Assembly: GCA_951406725.2 (NCBI GenBank)
Contig: OX597819.1
Location: 97,092,001 to 97,156,000, forward strand
Reading direction: 5' to 3'
DNA from: Octopus vulgaris
Lineage: Eukaryota
Length of the DNA stretch: 64,000 nucleotides
Both the position numbers and the translations under genes were made by a program. Below the pieces are notes generated by a model, which saw only the letters and a list, made by a program, of their open reading frames with translations, had not been told where the DNA came from and did no database searches. Below, one piece after another: positions 52,397-64,000 of this stretch; within the stretch, counting starts at the first letter, position 1; the number at the start of each line of letters is the position of its first letter.

Positions 52397-53075
52397 GCAC
52401 TATATGATTTAGTAATGGTGTACTTCATATATGTATGTTTATTATAACCTACCTAAACATTTCAAAAAGGAAAATTTGTACAATAAAATTAAAAGACTCA
52501 CTTACACTTTTTATATAAGAAAACAAAAAAATATTTTAAATTCAAAAGAAAATATATAAAATAATTTTAAAACCACTTTTAATGTCAATTAGGAAATTGA
52601 AGCTAGAATCAATCAATAATAGCCTAGAATTGATCTAATAGAACATTGAATTTTAATGCAGCCTTTACCATCTTCCCGTTGAAGGAAATTGAGAAAATGA
52701 GTTTTACTTTCAAATGAAATCAGTTTCATTATAGGAAAAGAAGAAAAATCTAAACTAAAGAAATGTGTTGTGGAGCTATTTTAAGGTTTTGGAACATGAT
52801 TCTGGGACAAAGACAGAAGAACAGTATGAAAATTAACAGAGTAATTTTGGTTGGAAGCCCAAAGCTGTTATTTTAGAGAATATGAATGAACAAACTGAGT
52901 TCTATCAAAGAAGAAAGCTGTGTAGGTAGTGGGTGGAAGATTATAGCCATACAAATCAACATGAAGCTATTTAATGCCAAGTTAATCATTGCAGTAGCTG
53001 TAATCTGGATGGATGATGCACAATCACACACATACACACACACCACATTTACTGGCATACTTACACATCTTCCCC

Positions 53076-53110
<35 letters not shown>

Positions 53111-54439
53111 TCAACTATTGACAATCAAAAGGTATTGGTATCCTGTATGATGCTATAAAGAGGCATCATTAGAAATATGGAGAAAGTGGAAGCAATGTGT
53201 AATTTAGTACAATTTGTCAGAGTAAACAATGTAAAGAGGAACCAAGATTGCAGTAGAAGAAGTAATTAATGGAACTGGCTAAAGACCAAGACATCAAGTA
53301 ATCAAAACTTGGGAAAATACAAGAATATGTAGTTCAGAAATAATGAAACAATTAAAAGGTTAATTGATCAGTTACAGAGATTCTAAGCTGGTACAGACAT
53401 ACAGACAGACACTAACATGTCAATCTACAGACATGTCAAGAAAATTTAATCACTGTTATCATGAGTGTCATCTACACAACTCTCAGGAACAGCTGTTACA
53501 GATGTCCTAGACTACATTATAAAACCATATTGCCAGTTTTCAAATTTTGATGAGCTCTACTACTTTTTTTGATTATACTCAGAGAGTTCTGATTGTTGAT
53601 TGATGTATGAATTGTTAATATTACATTGATGTACGAGTTGTCAGTATTACATGATACAATCAACACTACATCTAGCAGTAGTGTATATTGAGATGAAGGT
53701 TGTTGGAGCTATGTGACAAGATACACTCAATATTTCATCTATTGGCTAGTGTAGTTTGTAGTAAAGCAGGAGAGACAAAATGCAGTTTGGCTGATGAGGT
53801 CAGTGGCTGTGTTTTCCGCAGAATGGTGGTCAGTCAGTTAATAAGAAAATAATAAAAATCATGCATTAAAAATCATCACACTGCCAATCCCTGTGTTCAA
53901 ACATTCAGGTTTTGATACAGGTGTATCACGGAACATCATGTCCATAATTAAAGAACATAGTATGAATAGGAAGTAAAATCAAACGAGAATAAATTTTACA
54001 GCGCTGATTAACAACAAGCTAGCAAGAAATAGAAAAATCAATATTTAAATAAGAAATCAATAATCAATATACTGAAATATGGTAAATGAGGAAGTAGGTT
54101 TAAACCTATATAGGAAGGAATTTCCCTGGTAGAGTTATTTGATGTAAAATGTTTTCTATCTTCAATCATGTTAGATTAATAGGTTAATCTTTGTTTTGTG
54201 TTAAATAATTACAGGTATAACATGTTATAATATACAGAGACAAATAATAGTATTATATACGCATCTAACAAACTGTTACAGTTTGTTAGATGTATAACAT
54301 TATGTAGGAATCTGTGTGTGTGTGTGTGTGAAAGAAAGAGAGAGACTACTTGGCTGTCACTTGTAATGGAGTATAACTTGATAGCAGAAAAGGCTTTTAT
54401 TTTTATTTTTTCCTTGTTTATTATTTTTTTAATATAGTA

Positions 54440-54930
54440 GAAGCGACTTTCACAATGTTTTATTCCTTCATGTGATTGCAAACTAAAAGCTGTTGTTTGT
54501 AGATATTGCAGTATACTGTTGGTGGATATTGTTCTAGCTTTTGTGTCTTCCTGTTGTTTTACCCAATTTGACCCTGCAACATTTGCTTGTTTTTTTATGG
54601 CTGTCTGTCATTGTTTGCAGTAAATTGCCACTTTCTCCCATGCAGTCACAATTGTCATCTGCTTCAGTAGGATGTCACTTAATGATGTCCTTGTGACAAA
54701 TTTTTGAGTGCCCACTTTGATAGCTTCCATATTTCAGCTCAATTTGAGAGTACAGCCATCTTAGTGTTTTCAAAATGAATCGTGTCTCCCATCTAACATA
54801 ACTGTAATTCCAATAGGAGACCCAACACTAAGTACATCTGCATGCTGCAGGGCCTCCTATTTCGAGATGAGATCTCACAGGCCCTATGTGCCACACAGTG
54901 CAGCTGCACTGTACACATGCTTTGGAATTC
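54440..54930 (-). mobile_element. Very old RTE-like LINE 3' fragment
   Basis: Broken minus-strand peptides RWLYSQ / ELKYGSYQSGH / AWEKVAIYCKQ*QTAIKK resemble the RTE C-terminal LYSEL..G.R..G / WE..A.DR..WR..I pattern. Confidence 0.4.
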
Positions 54931-54939
54931 TAAGACCAT

Positions 54940-55580
54940 AGCAGAGTGGTAGTGATGGTGGTATACAGCAATAGAATGGAGGTGGTGCACAGTGGTAGAA
55001 TGGTGGTAGTGGTGGTATGTAATAGTAGAATGCCAGGTGGTGAGCTGGCAGAAACGTTAGCATGCCGGGCGAAATGCGTAGCCGTATTTCGTCTGTCGTT
55101 ATGTTCTGAGTTCAAATTCCGCCGAGGTCGACTTTGCCTTTCATCCTTTCAGGGTCGATTAAATAAGTACCAGTTACGCACTGGGGTCGATATAATCGAC
55201 TTAATAAATATGTCTGTCCTTGTTTGTCCTCTCTGTGTTTAGCCCCTTGTGGGTAATAAAGAAATAGGTATGTAATAGTAGAATGGAGGTGGTGTACAAC
55301 AGAGTGAAGGTGGTGTACATTAGAGTAGGAGTGGTGCACAATAGTAGAGTAGATGTGGTGTACAACAGTAAAGTGGTGATGTACAATAGAGTGGCAGTGG
55401 TGTACAGTAGAGGAAGTGGTGTAGAGTGGAGGTGGTGTACAACAGCAAAGTGGAGGTGGTATAGTGGCAGAGTGGAGATAGTGACATATAGTAACAGAGT
55501 GGTGATGGTGGTGTACAGTTAGAGAGTGGAGGTTGTGATGTACAGTAATAGAATGGTAGTGGTGGTGGTAGTAGTAGTAC
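54940..55580. repeat. Degenerate ~21-bp minisatellite (GTACAACAGAGTGGAGGTGGT-like) interrupted by a SINE
   Basis: gtaca...agagtgga..tggt repeats on both sides of the SINE at 55033-55266. Confidence 0.85.
55033..55266 (+). mobile_element. Young family A SINE with a 19-bp target-site duplication
   Basis: GGTATGTAATAGTAGAATG at 55014-55032 and 55267-55285. CpGs are retained. Confidence 0.92.
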
Positions 55581-57993
55581 AAGTGGAATCCAGTGCTAAT
55601 TGATCATAGTGCTAGAAACTGTTCTGATATAGTTTTACACCTTGGCAGAGACACCGCAGAAGTAGCAATAGATCAATGTCTTGTTAATTATTCCTGCAGA
55701 CAGATGATAAGCAGGATTGATTTTATTTTGATTTTTTTCTTTTTACTGAATGTGGAAATAAAATATGTACACTGATGGATGAAAACTAATTTTCTAAGGA
55801 AAATCACCAACAAACACCAAGTTTACTGTTTACTTTTCTGCATATTTTAGTTTTCATTTATACTCCATTAAAACTGGTAACTGCCACATTTACATCCCCA
55901 CATCATTTTGCTACTGAAGTTACCAATATAAAAACCTGCTGAACAAATCAATGTAATAGACCTGTGTTCATCTCATGGAGCTTAATAACAATAAGTTTCA
56001 TTTGTTATAGCTACAGCCTTTGATAAATAAAAAAAAAAGAATAAGAAAAAAAGAGATGAATTAAATCTATACGTAATTAAGAATATTCATGTGTTATCAT
56101 AAATAAAATTGAAATAATCAGATGAAAAAAAATCAGAAACAAGCTAAAAACTATGTCAATAATGCTCCACTGTACACAAACCCAACCCTATATCTTTCTG
56201 GCATCCTCAACCTTTCCATTATAACAGCTATAGATTTTTCTACTAAATTACATTTCCAGAACCACTGAGAAAGTTATAAATAAAAAAAAGAAAAAAAAGA
56301 ACTGTTTTAAAATAAAATCTATCAAAACCATATATTTTGTGTACAGAGAAAACTAATTGTCTTGAAGCCAGGTCAGTTAAAACGATTACCCTATCCCTGA
56401 AACTAATTAAGATGTGAAATTTATGAACAATCAAATTCCAGCACCAGTGAGACTGTTATCATTTCATAGTAGAATACTGTCTCCGGGCAATATTGCTACA
56501 AATGTTTAGCAAATTTCACACACAATGAAAAAATAAATGGTTGTTTGGCATGGTCGATTAAATTCTGCATCAAGTGCTGCTAGCAGTCAGAAACTGTGAC
56601 CTAGTTATTAAGGAAGAATTACTATATTTCTAAAATCTATAATCTTCAAAGACAGCAGGCTCCTCATTGGTCAAATGTGCAAGTACCAATGACAACATTC
56701 CGGTTTAAAGTTGCTTATTTTGATCATGTTTTATATTTTGGATAATATGCAATTAACTAATCCATAATCATTACAACCACCTCCTTCATTTTCAGATCAC
56801 ACACAAGTAGAATGTCATTTCTTTCATTCAAACCAATGGGCACATGGCCAACTTTTATCACCATCAATTATATGGCACAGGAAAAGTCAATCCAGTTAAC
56901 AAATAGAGTTTTAGTTAATAATTAAGAAAGCAAGGAAGGAAATATATGCCAAAGCCTAGCAACCTATCTACATCTAAATTCCAAAATTGCAAATCAATAT
57001 TCTTTGTATCCTAGTAGTTACTTGACAAGACAGCCCCCAAATACCAGCACCACCTTATTACCAACACAGAGTAAAACAAACTGGTTGTGAGACAAAACAT
57101 CTATTTTATTACATGGCAAGTGAAAGAGACACTACAAGTAATTGTGAGAGTTTTGGTATGGTATTCCCTGTAACAAATCAAATGCAAATAGCTAGAATAC
57201 AGTAGTAAAACTGTGGATTTATAAATGGAGACATACAGTTGTAGTAAGCTGACTACCAAATCTATTAACACTGCAGGAACATAACTATCAGTCCCGTGAA
57301 CACTGCAGGAACTTTGTTCAAGAAGTACCATTATTTGTTTTATTTACAAAGATTTATATCCTATACCAATTATATTGGCAAGATACACACAAGCACATAT
57401 AAATATATGCATCATCATTATTTTCCTCATTATTGTCATTTTCCATGCATGCAGGAGTCGGACAGAGTTTATTGAAGCAGATTTTCTATGAATGTCCTTT
57501 CTATTGCCAACCCCTCACCTGTTTTTAAGCAAGGTAATATTTCACCATAACCATGCTAGAAATGAATGTCACTGCTTGTATGACAAAGACACTCATTTAT
57601 TACTTATATGCGATGTCACGACAGAATGCAAGTACACACACACACGTAAACATAAATATATATATTACCAATTTAATACAGAACTGAAAAAGCTATTAAT
57701 AGTTTCACACTTTGATGATACTTGAACAGGTATATCTATAAAATACGCCATGTATTTTCCAAGCAATCTTTCAGGCTCTAATTATGTGTTTTCTACATAT
57801 GTGCACACACACATGCACATAAGATTTCAGTTTCCATCTACCAAATCAAGTCATAAGGCTTTGATAAGGAGCTATGCAGTAGGACTGAACCTGAAACCAA
57901 GTTTGAGAAACCATGGTTGAGAAGCAAACTTCTTCAGCACGAAATTATGCCTGCACTCATCAGGAAGCACTGTCTACAAGCAGTATATCTGTT

Positions 57994-58214
57994 TTAACCC
58001 TTTAGCATTTAGATTATTCTGTCAAATGTAAAGCTTATTTATTCATGTTGTTTTGAATTAATCATACATCATCTTGTAGCTTTCAATGCTGTAATAGTTT
58101 ACTTCCAGTATGACATTGTAGGGTAAATGCAAGAGCCCAGATTTGGCTAGTTTCAGCATAAAGCAAGTAGAATATTTTGGCCAGGTATGGCCAGTTTGAA
58201 TACTAAAGGGTTAT
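57994..58214. mobile_element. piggyBac-type MITE
   Basis: TTAA-CCCTTTAGCATT...AATACTAAAGGG-TTAT. The interior matches the other three copies. Confidence 0.85.
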
Positions 58215-60244
58215 AGAATATGTATGCATAAGTTCAACTGTTATGGAAGATCACATCCAAAACATCATGAACACTATCGAAAGCCACCAAACAGAAATTG
58301 GGTTTTTAAGAATTAAAAGTTCAATCATAGAAGTGAACTGCATGAAGCTTATTAATAATAGTAACAATACCAGACTGTACATGTTGCAGCCTCCATCTGT
58401 CACACATCTGAGGAAACGAACACAAGCTCATTACCATCACCCATTTTCTTTTAATAAATAGGTTTTTAACTCTAAAATATTTCACATGTAAGGTGAAAGT
58501 GTAAACTCGCTCAGTTTGTTTTACTCTGCTTCTATTTTCAACCCTTTATTTTCAGTTTGTACTGTATTGGCCTTCATCATCATCATTATCAAGTAATGTC
58601 TGCTTTCTGTGCTAGCAGTGTGTGTGTGTGTGCATGCATGTGCATACAAATGTTGATACCATATGTCTCTCGTTAACACCATTGGAACAAAAAAATGGCA
58701 ACATTGCTTATGTTCTCTAGTAAACAAAAGTCCTAGTGTTCATCTGCTTCATTGGTCTGTATGTGTGAGAAATAGGAGAGGAAAAATACCTAACTGGAAA
58801 AACATAAAAAAGATGGTGACAAGAAAGCCATCTCCCAATAGAAAACAGCATCATTAAGTCTCACTTAACCTATAAAAGCAAATGAAAAATGAATGAGCGA
58901 CAATACTGATCACACACATGTGTAACAGACTTTTGCAGGGCTTTAATAAAATCATTACTATTGTATTTTGATTAAGCACTGAAATGACACCTGACACCTC
59001 TCACACCAATTTTAGCAATGCTTGAAAATTTCCCCAAGAGTGCACATTGTTGAAATATGCAAAACACCATAAATAAGAGGTGCCATCTTATATGATATAC
59101 AACATCAGAATGCTTATTACTGTACCACAGACCCTCATTAACACTTGCCTTAAACAACTATTACAGGGATGCAAGGAGAAATCTATTTGTAATTAGGTAG
59201 ATTTGTGATCAAATACCTTATTAGGAAATGAAACAATGTATATCACTCAGTATTACTTCTTCCACTCCAACACACAGACAAACACACACACACACACACA
59301 CACACATGCCTTTCTATCATGAAATCAATGAAGTGAACAGCCCATGCAATAAAACAAATCAACCATGAAGTACAGTCATTTATAACAACTATTTCTGGCA
59401 ACAAGAGTTTTCAGCAGGAAAAATATATCAGTCTGCCCCTTTCCTATTCCACCATTATCCCACGAGAACAAAATTAAAAAATAAAGCAAAAATAAAAATC
59501 GACTGTTAAATATAAAGAACATGCAGAGTTTATCATGATCATGGGATTTACTATAAATGTTGGTATATTTCTGTTTCATGTTTCAGTCGACGAAATATGT
59601 AAAACATCAGATGAAGGCCAAGGGAATCAGTTTTTAATAATGTTTACATTCAAAAGAATATAGCTATAAAAACAATTAATTAAAATCGAACCTTTTGGAA
59701 AAGTTGTGCAATATAATGGGTGGCGGCTGCCACCCACTATTGAGATATTTCCAAATGGCTCTTATTTCTGAAATAGATCTGACTAAACAAAATATAGCTT
59801 ACTATTTATTGTGACAAGAACTAGCCACTTGTTAACTCGATGGAACAGAATGACAAAAAATATGTGATATATGATGGCAATATCCCTCTATAGAAATTCA
59901 AAGCTAAAATGTTTGGTTTATAAGCAGCAGGAAAAGAAAAAAAAAAAAAAAAAAAAAACATGGCAATAGAGTTGTTTACTCTCTTTCTGATGTTTAATAA
60001 GTAAATAACACAAATAAAAACACAAGAGATTATTGACATCAGTTCAATGACAATGAAAAAAATATTGGAAGATATTTGAACAGACAAGTGTCTGGAAGTT
60101 ATGAAGACACATTACAGAAGTTCCTGAAAACAAAAGGATTGCTAGTATCCAGTGATTTGTTGTAGTAGAATGCTACAAAAACCAGAGTACAAATGGTAGG
60201 ATTTAATTAGCTACTTTCATCAGGTAACAATGAAAAAGATGAAT

Positions 60245-60395
60245 ATAATATAATATATATATATACATACACATGTATATACCTATATATATATGTGTGT
60301 GTATATACCTACATATATATACACATATATACCTACATATATATGTGTGTGTATATACCTACATATATATACACATATATATACACATATATACC

Positions 60396-60445
<50 letters not shown>

Positions 60446-60536
60446 TATACCTACATATATATATATATACACATATATACTTACATATATATATACACAT
60501 ATATACTTACATATATATATACACATATATACATGC

Positions 60537-60575
<39 letters not shown>

Positions 60576-60597
60576 TATATACATGCAGGTATATATC

Positions 60598-60632
<35 letters not shown>

Positions 60633-60665
60633 GTAAATACCTGTATATATATGCACACACACATA
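60245..60665. repeat. Compound (TA)n/(CA)n tract with repeated TACCTACA and ACATGCAGGT motifs
   Basis: Visible directly. Confidence 0.9.
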
Positions 60666-60950
60666 CACTATCTCACGTTAATATAAACTTAATTTTTACT
60701 CAAAATAATTTCCAGCAAGAGAGTTCATTGTAATCAGTCAAGAACAACTTGTTAATTAGAACAGATCCCACAAATCTTAGTAAAACAGTTTATAAAGAAA
60801 GCAAATGGTTCATTTGTTTCTGTGAATGCTTGAAATGAGTGGAGGTAAACTGGTGTAGATATGGTATCAAATAGAGTCAGCGAGTTGCCTGACTTGAAGA
60901 AAGTGCCAAAGAAACTAGATGAATGTGCCAATATTAATTTTAAAAAATGT

Positions 60951-61185
60951 AAGGCAGTTGGCAGAATTGTTAGGCAGTTGGCAGAATCGTTAGCATACTG
61001 GACAAAATGCTCAATGACATTTTGTCTGTCTTTACCCAGTGGGTTCAAAATCTGCCAAGGGCAACTTTGCCTTTCAGCCTCTCAGGGTTGATAAAATAAG
61101 TAACAGTTGAGCATTGGGGTTGATGTAATTGACTAACCCCAAACTCGAACTTGCTGGCATTGTGTCTAAATTTAAAACCAATATT
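60951..61185 (+). mobile_element. Family A SINE with a 20-bp tandem duplication of its head
   Basis: AGGCAGTTGGCAGAAT(T/C)GTT occurs twice in tandem before the usual body. Confidence 0.8.
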
Positions 61186-62529
61186 AGATGAGAAAAAAGT
61201 CACTGGAGGGGTAATAAAAATATAAATTTCTTTGAAGAAAACTTATTAGTAGCATTTAATTTTGAGATTCTTAAAATCAGAAAAGGCAGAGGATTCTATT
61301 GGCATTGTCTTCTAATTTACAGCAAATGATGCTAGTGCCAAATTACCATACTTCATCTTGTCTCTTTAGAACTTCCATGATTATGTTGCACTGCATGTAT
61401 TTCTGTTATTCGTACAGGTTAAGCAAGACAACTCTGTGATGGAATTTATGGTAATAAACAAATCATGGTTCTGTTACTCTTCTCTTTTTCAATTTCCTGT
61501 TTCCAGTTAGAGGAAATCATTGATTCCACTGAATCTATCATCAAAACTCATCTAATCCTATATCTTAATAATTTTCCTTAAACAACAATGCTAACCTCTC
61601 ACCTTGAATGTGTTCAACTACAAACATTTTTTAAGATGAAGAAGATGATTTTACAAAATTTATTAGAAACATCACTTTGATTTCACTCCGAGATTACATT
61701 GTCTGTTGTCACAGTTGAAATATTCTGTTTACAAAAAGTTCTTTTTTTTTTTCAAAGATATTATTATCTTCACAGTTGTTTTAATGGCGATTTTGTTATT
61801 GATATGAGTAAAACAACACAGACTGTGAAATCAAAATACTATGCTTCTTCTACTAAAACATTATTAAGTGATTATCACAGAAAAGCAATGCTGATATATT
61901 TGAAGCCATATAACATAAAATTATAGATTTCAAGAAGCAGCATACAATCTTGTTGTAATACAATGTCTACTACTAGCATACTATCTTAAAGATAGCATTT
62001 TGGAAATGGCAGGATTTTTGAACGAAGTGATTCTTTAATGTACATTTTTGCATGTGGGTGAAAGATTGAATCATAAAATGCGCTGAGCTCCATAGTAAAT
62101 GAGAGTAAGAGGGTTGTAAAATATTGATGTAGTAGATTTCCTGTTGGCAGGAAACATTTGTAGCCCAATGGAACAAACATATAATGAAAGTCTTTCAGCT
62201 AAGGCTAATCATTTAAAAAAATATTTTTGTATACCATGTATTCTTCCTTTATCAAGAGTGCATATAGTGGTGATTATATATATATATATATACATACACC
62301 ATACAGTACAAAGATGAGATCCAGAGATTTTCAATATAGATCAATCCTACAAGGTAAAAATTGGCTATAGGAGGGAATCAAGTTAAGTGGATATAAAGGC
62401 AATTATGCTGGTAAACAAATTAGGTACATTAATTATCTTAAATATATTTGATATAATTGATATACCTAATTTGTTAATCAGCATAATTACCTCTCTATAT
62501 ATACATGTATATACACGTGTCATCATCAT

Positions 62530-62565
<36 letters not shown>

Positions 62566-62568
<3 letters not shown>

Positions 62569-62850
62569 TGTTACAGAGAAAGTCATAGCCCAACTAATTA
62601 GGGAGATAGTCTAGATGAGATGCAGTTTGGTTTTGTGTCAGGGAGAAGCACCACTGATGCTATATTTCTGGTAAGGCAACTGCAGGAGAAATACATAGCC
62701 AATGATAAACTTCTGCACTTGGCTTTTGTTGTCTTGGAGAAAGTTTTTAACAGGGTCCCCCATTCCCTTATCTGGTGGTCAGTGCAGAAACTAGGAGTAG
62801 CTGAGTGGTTGATGAGAGCTGTACAAGCTATGTAAAGGGAAGCTACCAGT
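62566..62850 (+). mobile_element. RTE-clade LINE reverse transcriptase fragment
   Basis: MQFGFVSGRSTTDAIFLVRQLQEKY...LHLAFVVLEKVFNRVPHSLIWW matches the QFGF..GRST.DAIF...AFVDLEKAFDRVP RT motifs, with D residues mutated. Confidence 0.9.
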
Positions 62851-62880
62851 AGGACTACACAGGCAAATATAATTTTTGCT

Positions 62881-63109
62881 TTAATCTTTTAGCATTCACA
62901 TTACTCTGTCAAATGTACTGCTTATTTATTCACATTATTTTGAATTAATCATGCAATATCTGGTAGCTTTGAGATTTTGATGTTGTGATTGCTTAATTTT
63001 TAGAATGACATTGTAGGGTAGGTGTGAGAAGCCAGATCTGGTCTATTTGAACATAAATCAAGTAGAATACTTTGGCCAGATAAGGTCAATTTAAATGCTA
63101 AATTGTTCA
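62881..63109. mobile_element. piggyBac-type MITE
   Basis: TTAA-TCTTTTAGCATTCACATTACTCTGTCAAATG...TTTAAATGCTAAA, same family as above. Confidence 0.8.
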
Positions 63110-63379
63110 TGTAGCGTAAGGATACTCCAAAAGGATAATGGAAATTGAAAGAAAATCTAATTTACATGTTATTTATACTAAAAGACATTTCTTACCGTTT
63201 CCATAATCCTCTATGAACTTCAATAAATGTTATAAAAATCAAATCCAGACCTTAAGCTAGAAACTTTAAGAGCACATATCTAGTAAAACATTTGCATTAA
63301 AGATTTATTCAACCCATGCTAGCACAAAAAAAAACCGAATTCTTGATAGTTCAAAAATGTAATCTAATAAAAGCTGGCT

Positions 63380-63521
63380 CCAATATTATGCACACGCAGG
63401 ATTAAACACACCAGTAACCTACTTTCAGTCAAGATAATGCAATAAAAGCTGAACCCAATATAATACACAAGCAGGGTTAATTCACCAGTAAACCTGTTTT
63501 GGTCAAGATGATGTCATAAAA
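63380..63521. repeat. Two diverged tandem copies of a ~75-bp unit
   Basis: CCAATAT.AT.CACA.GCAGG.TTAA..CACCAGTAA.CCT..TTT..GTCAAGAT.ATG..ATAAAA occurs twice. Confidence 0.75.
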
Positions 63522-64000
63522 TACAGGTAATCTGGTTTGGGTTAATCAAAAATCAGTAACAGAAAAAGGAATAGTTGTTTCTGCAGTGACAGAAATTATG
63601 CAATTATTAACTTTTAATCTTCTATGCTAAGAATTCATTAGATTGGCACTGTAATTACATCTTTAATTAGTCTCTCATACAATGATACTTCTTGCATTGC
63701 TTTTGAAATAGATTTATGATGATTTTATTTAATTAGTTTGATAATTTAATAGAAAAATATAGATGTAATCCAGTTTGAACTAGCTTACAAGCCACACACA
63801 TGCATTTCTACACATATTAATAGTAAGACATCTTATTGACTGCATAGAACTCCACTAGATTCACATACACACAGTCGTATCTCTTTCACAAGACATATTC
63901 TATTTCAGTTTTACACCCAATAATGTCATACTAGCACAGAAGCATTCATAATGTTGCAACAAGTTTTCACAAGCAAGTGCCCCTCCTATTGCTAACTACT

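Noticed and set aside
55033-55130. tRNA gene
   Set aside because: The A/B-box-like head runs directly into a SINE body with TSDs and has many diverged copies, and no complete cloverleaf is evident.

Overview
This is 64 kb of AT-rich, microsatellite-dense eukaryotic DNA, almost certainly intronic or intergenic. The repeat repertoire and (TA/CA/GAT)n density point to an Octopus-like coleoid cephalopod (inference from recalled repeat families, no search run). I found no recognisable host protein-coding gene; most ORFs in the track are microsatellite translations. Identifiable content is transposon debris: a Penelope-like element (GIY-YIG fragment, hammerhead-ribozyme-bearing terminal repeat, inverted terminal copy), R4/Dong-type RLE LINE fragments, RTE LINE fragments, a decayed DD34D mariner, a maT-like Tc1/mariner fragment, mariner- and piggyBac-type MITEs, a Helentron-type non-autonomous element carrying a Gypsy integrase fragment, and many tRNA-derived SINEs. 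Three things stand out: (i) three separate fold-back inversions with junctions inside or at minimal hammerhead motifs, two forming 110-141 nt near-perfect hairpins; (ii) a 17-copy array of a palindromic 32-bp unit separated by variable (TA)n tracts; (iii) a three-level nest, MITE > Helentron-type element > Gypsy integrase fragment. Boundaries of decayed elements are approximate.
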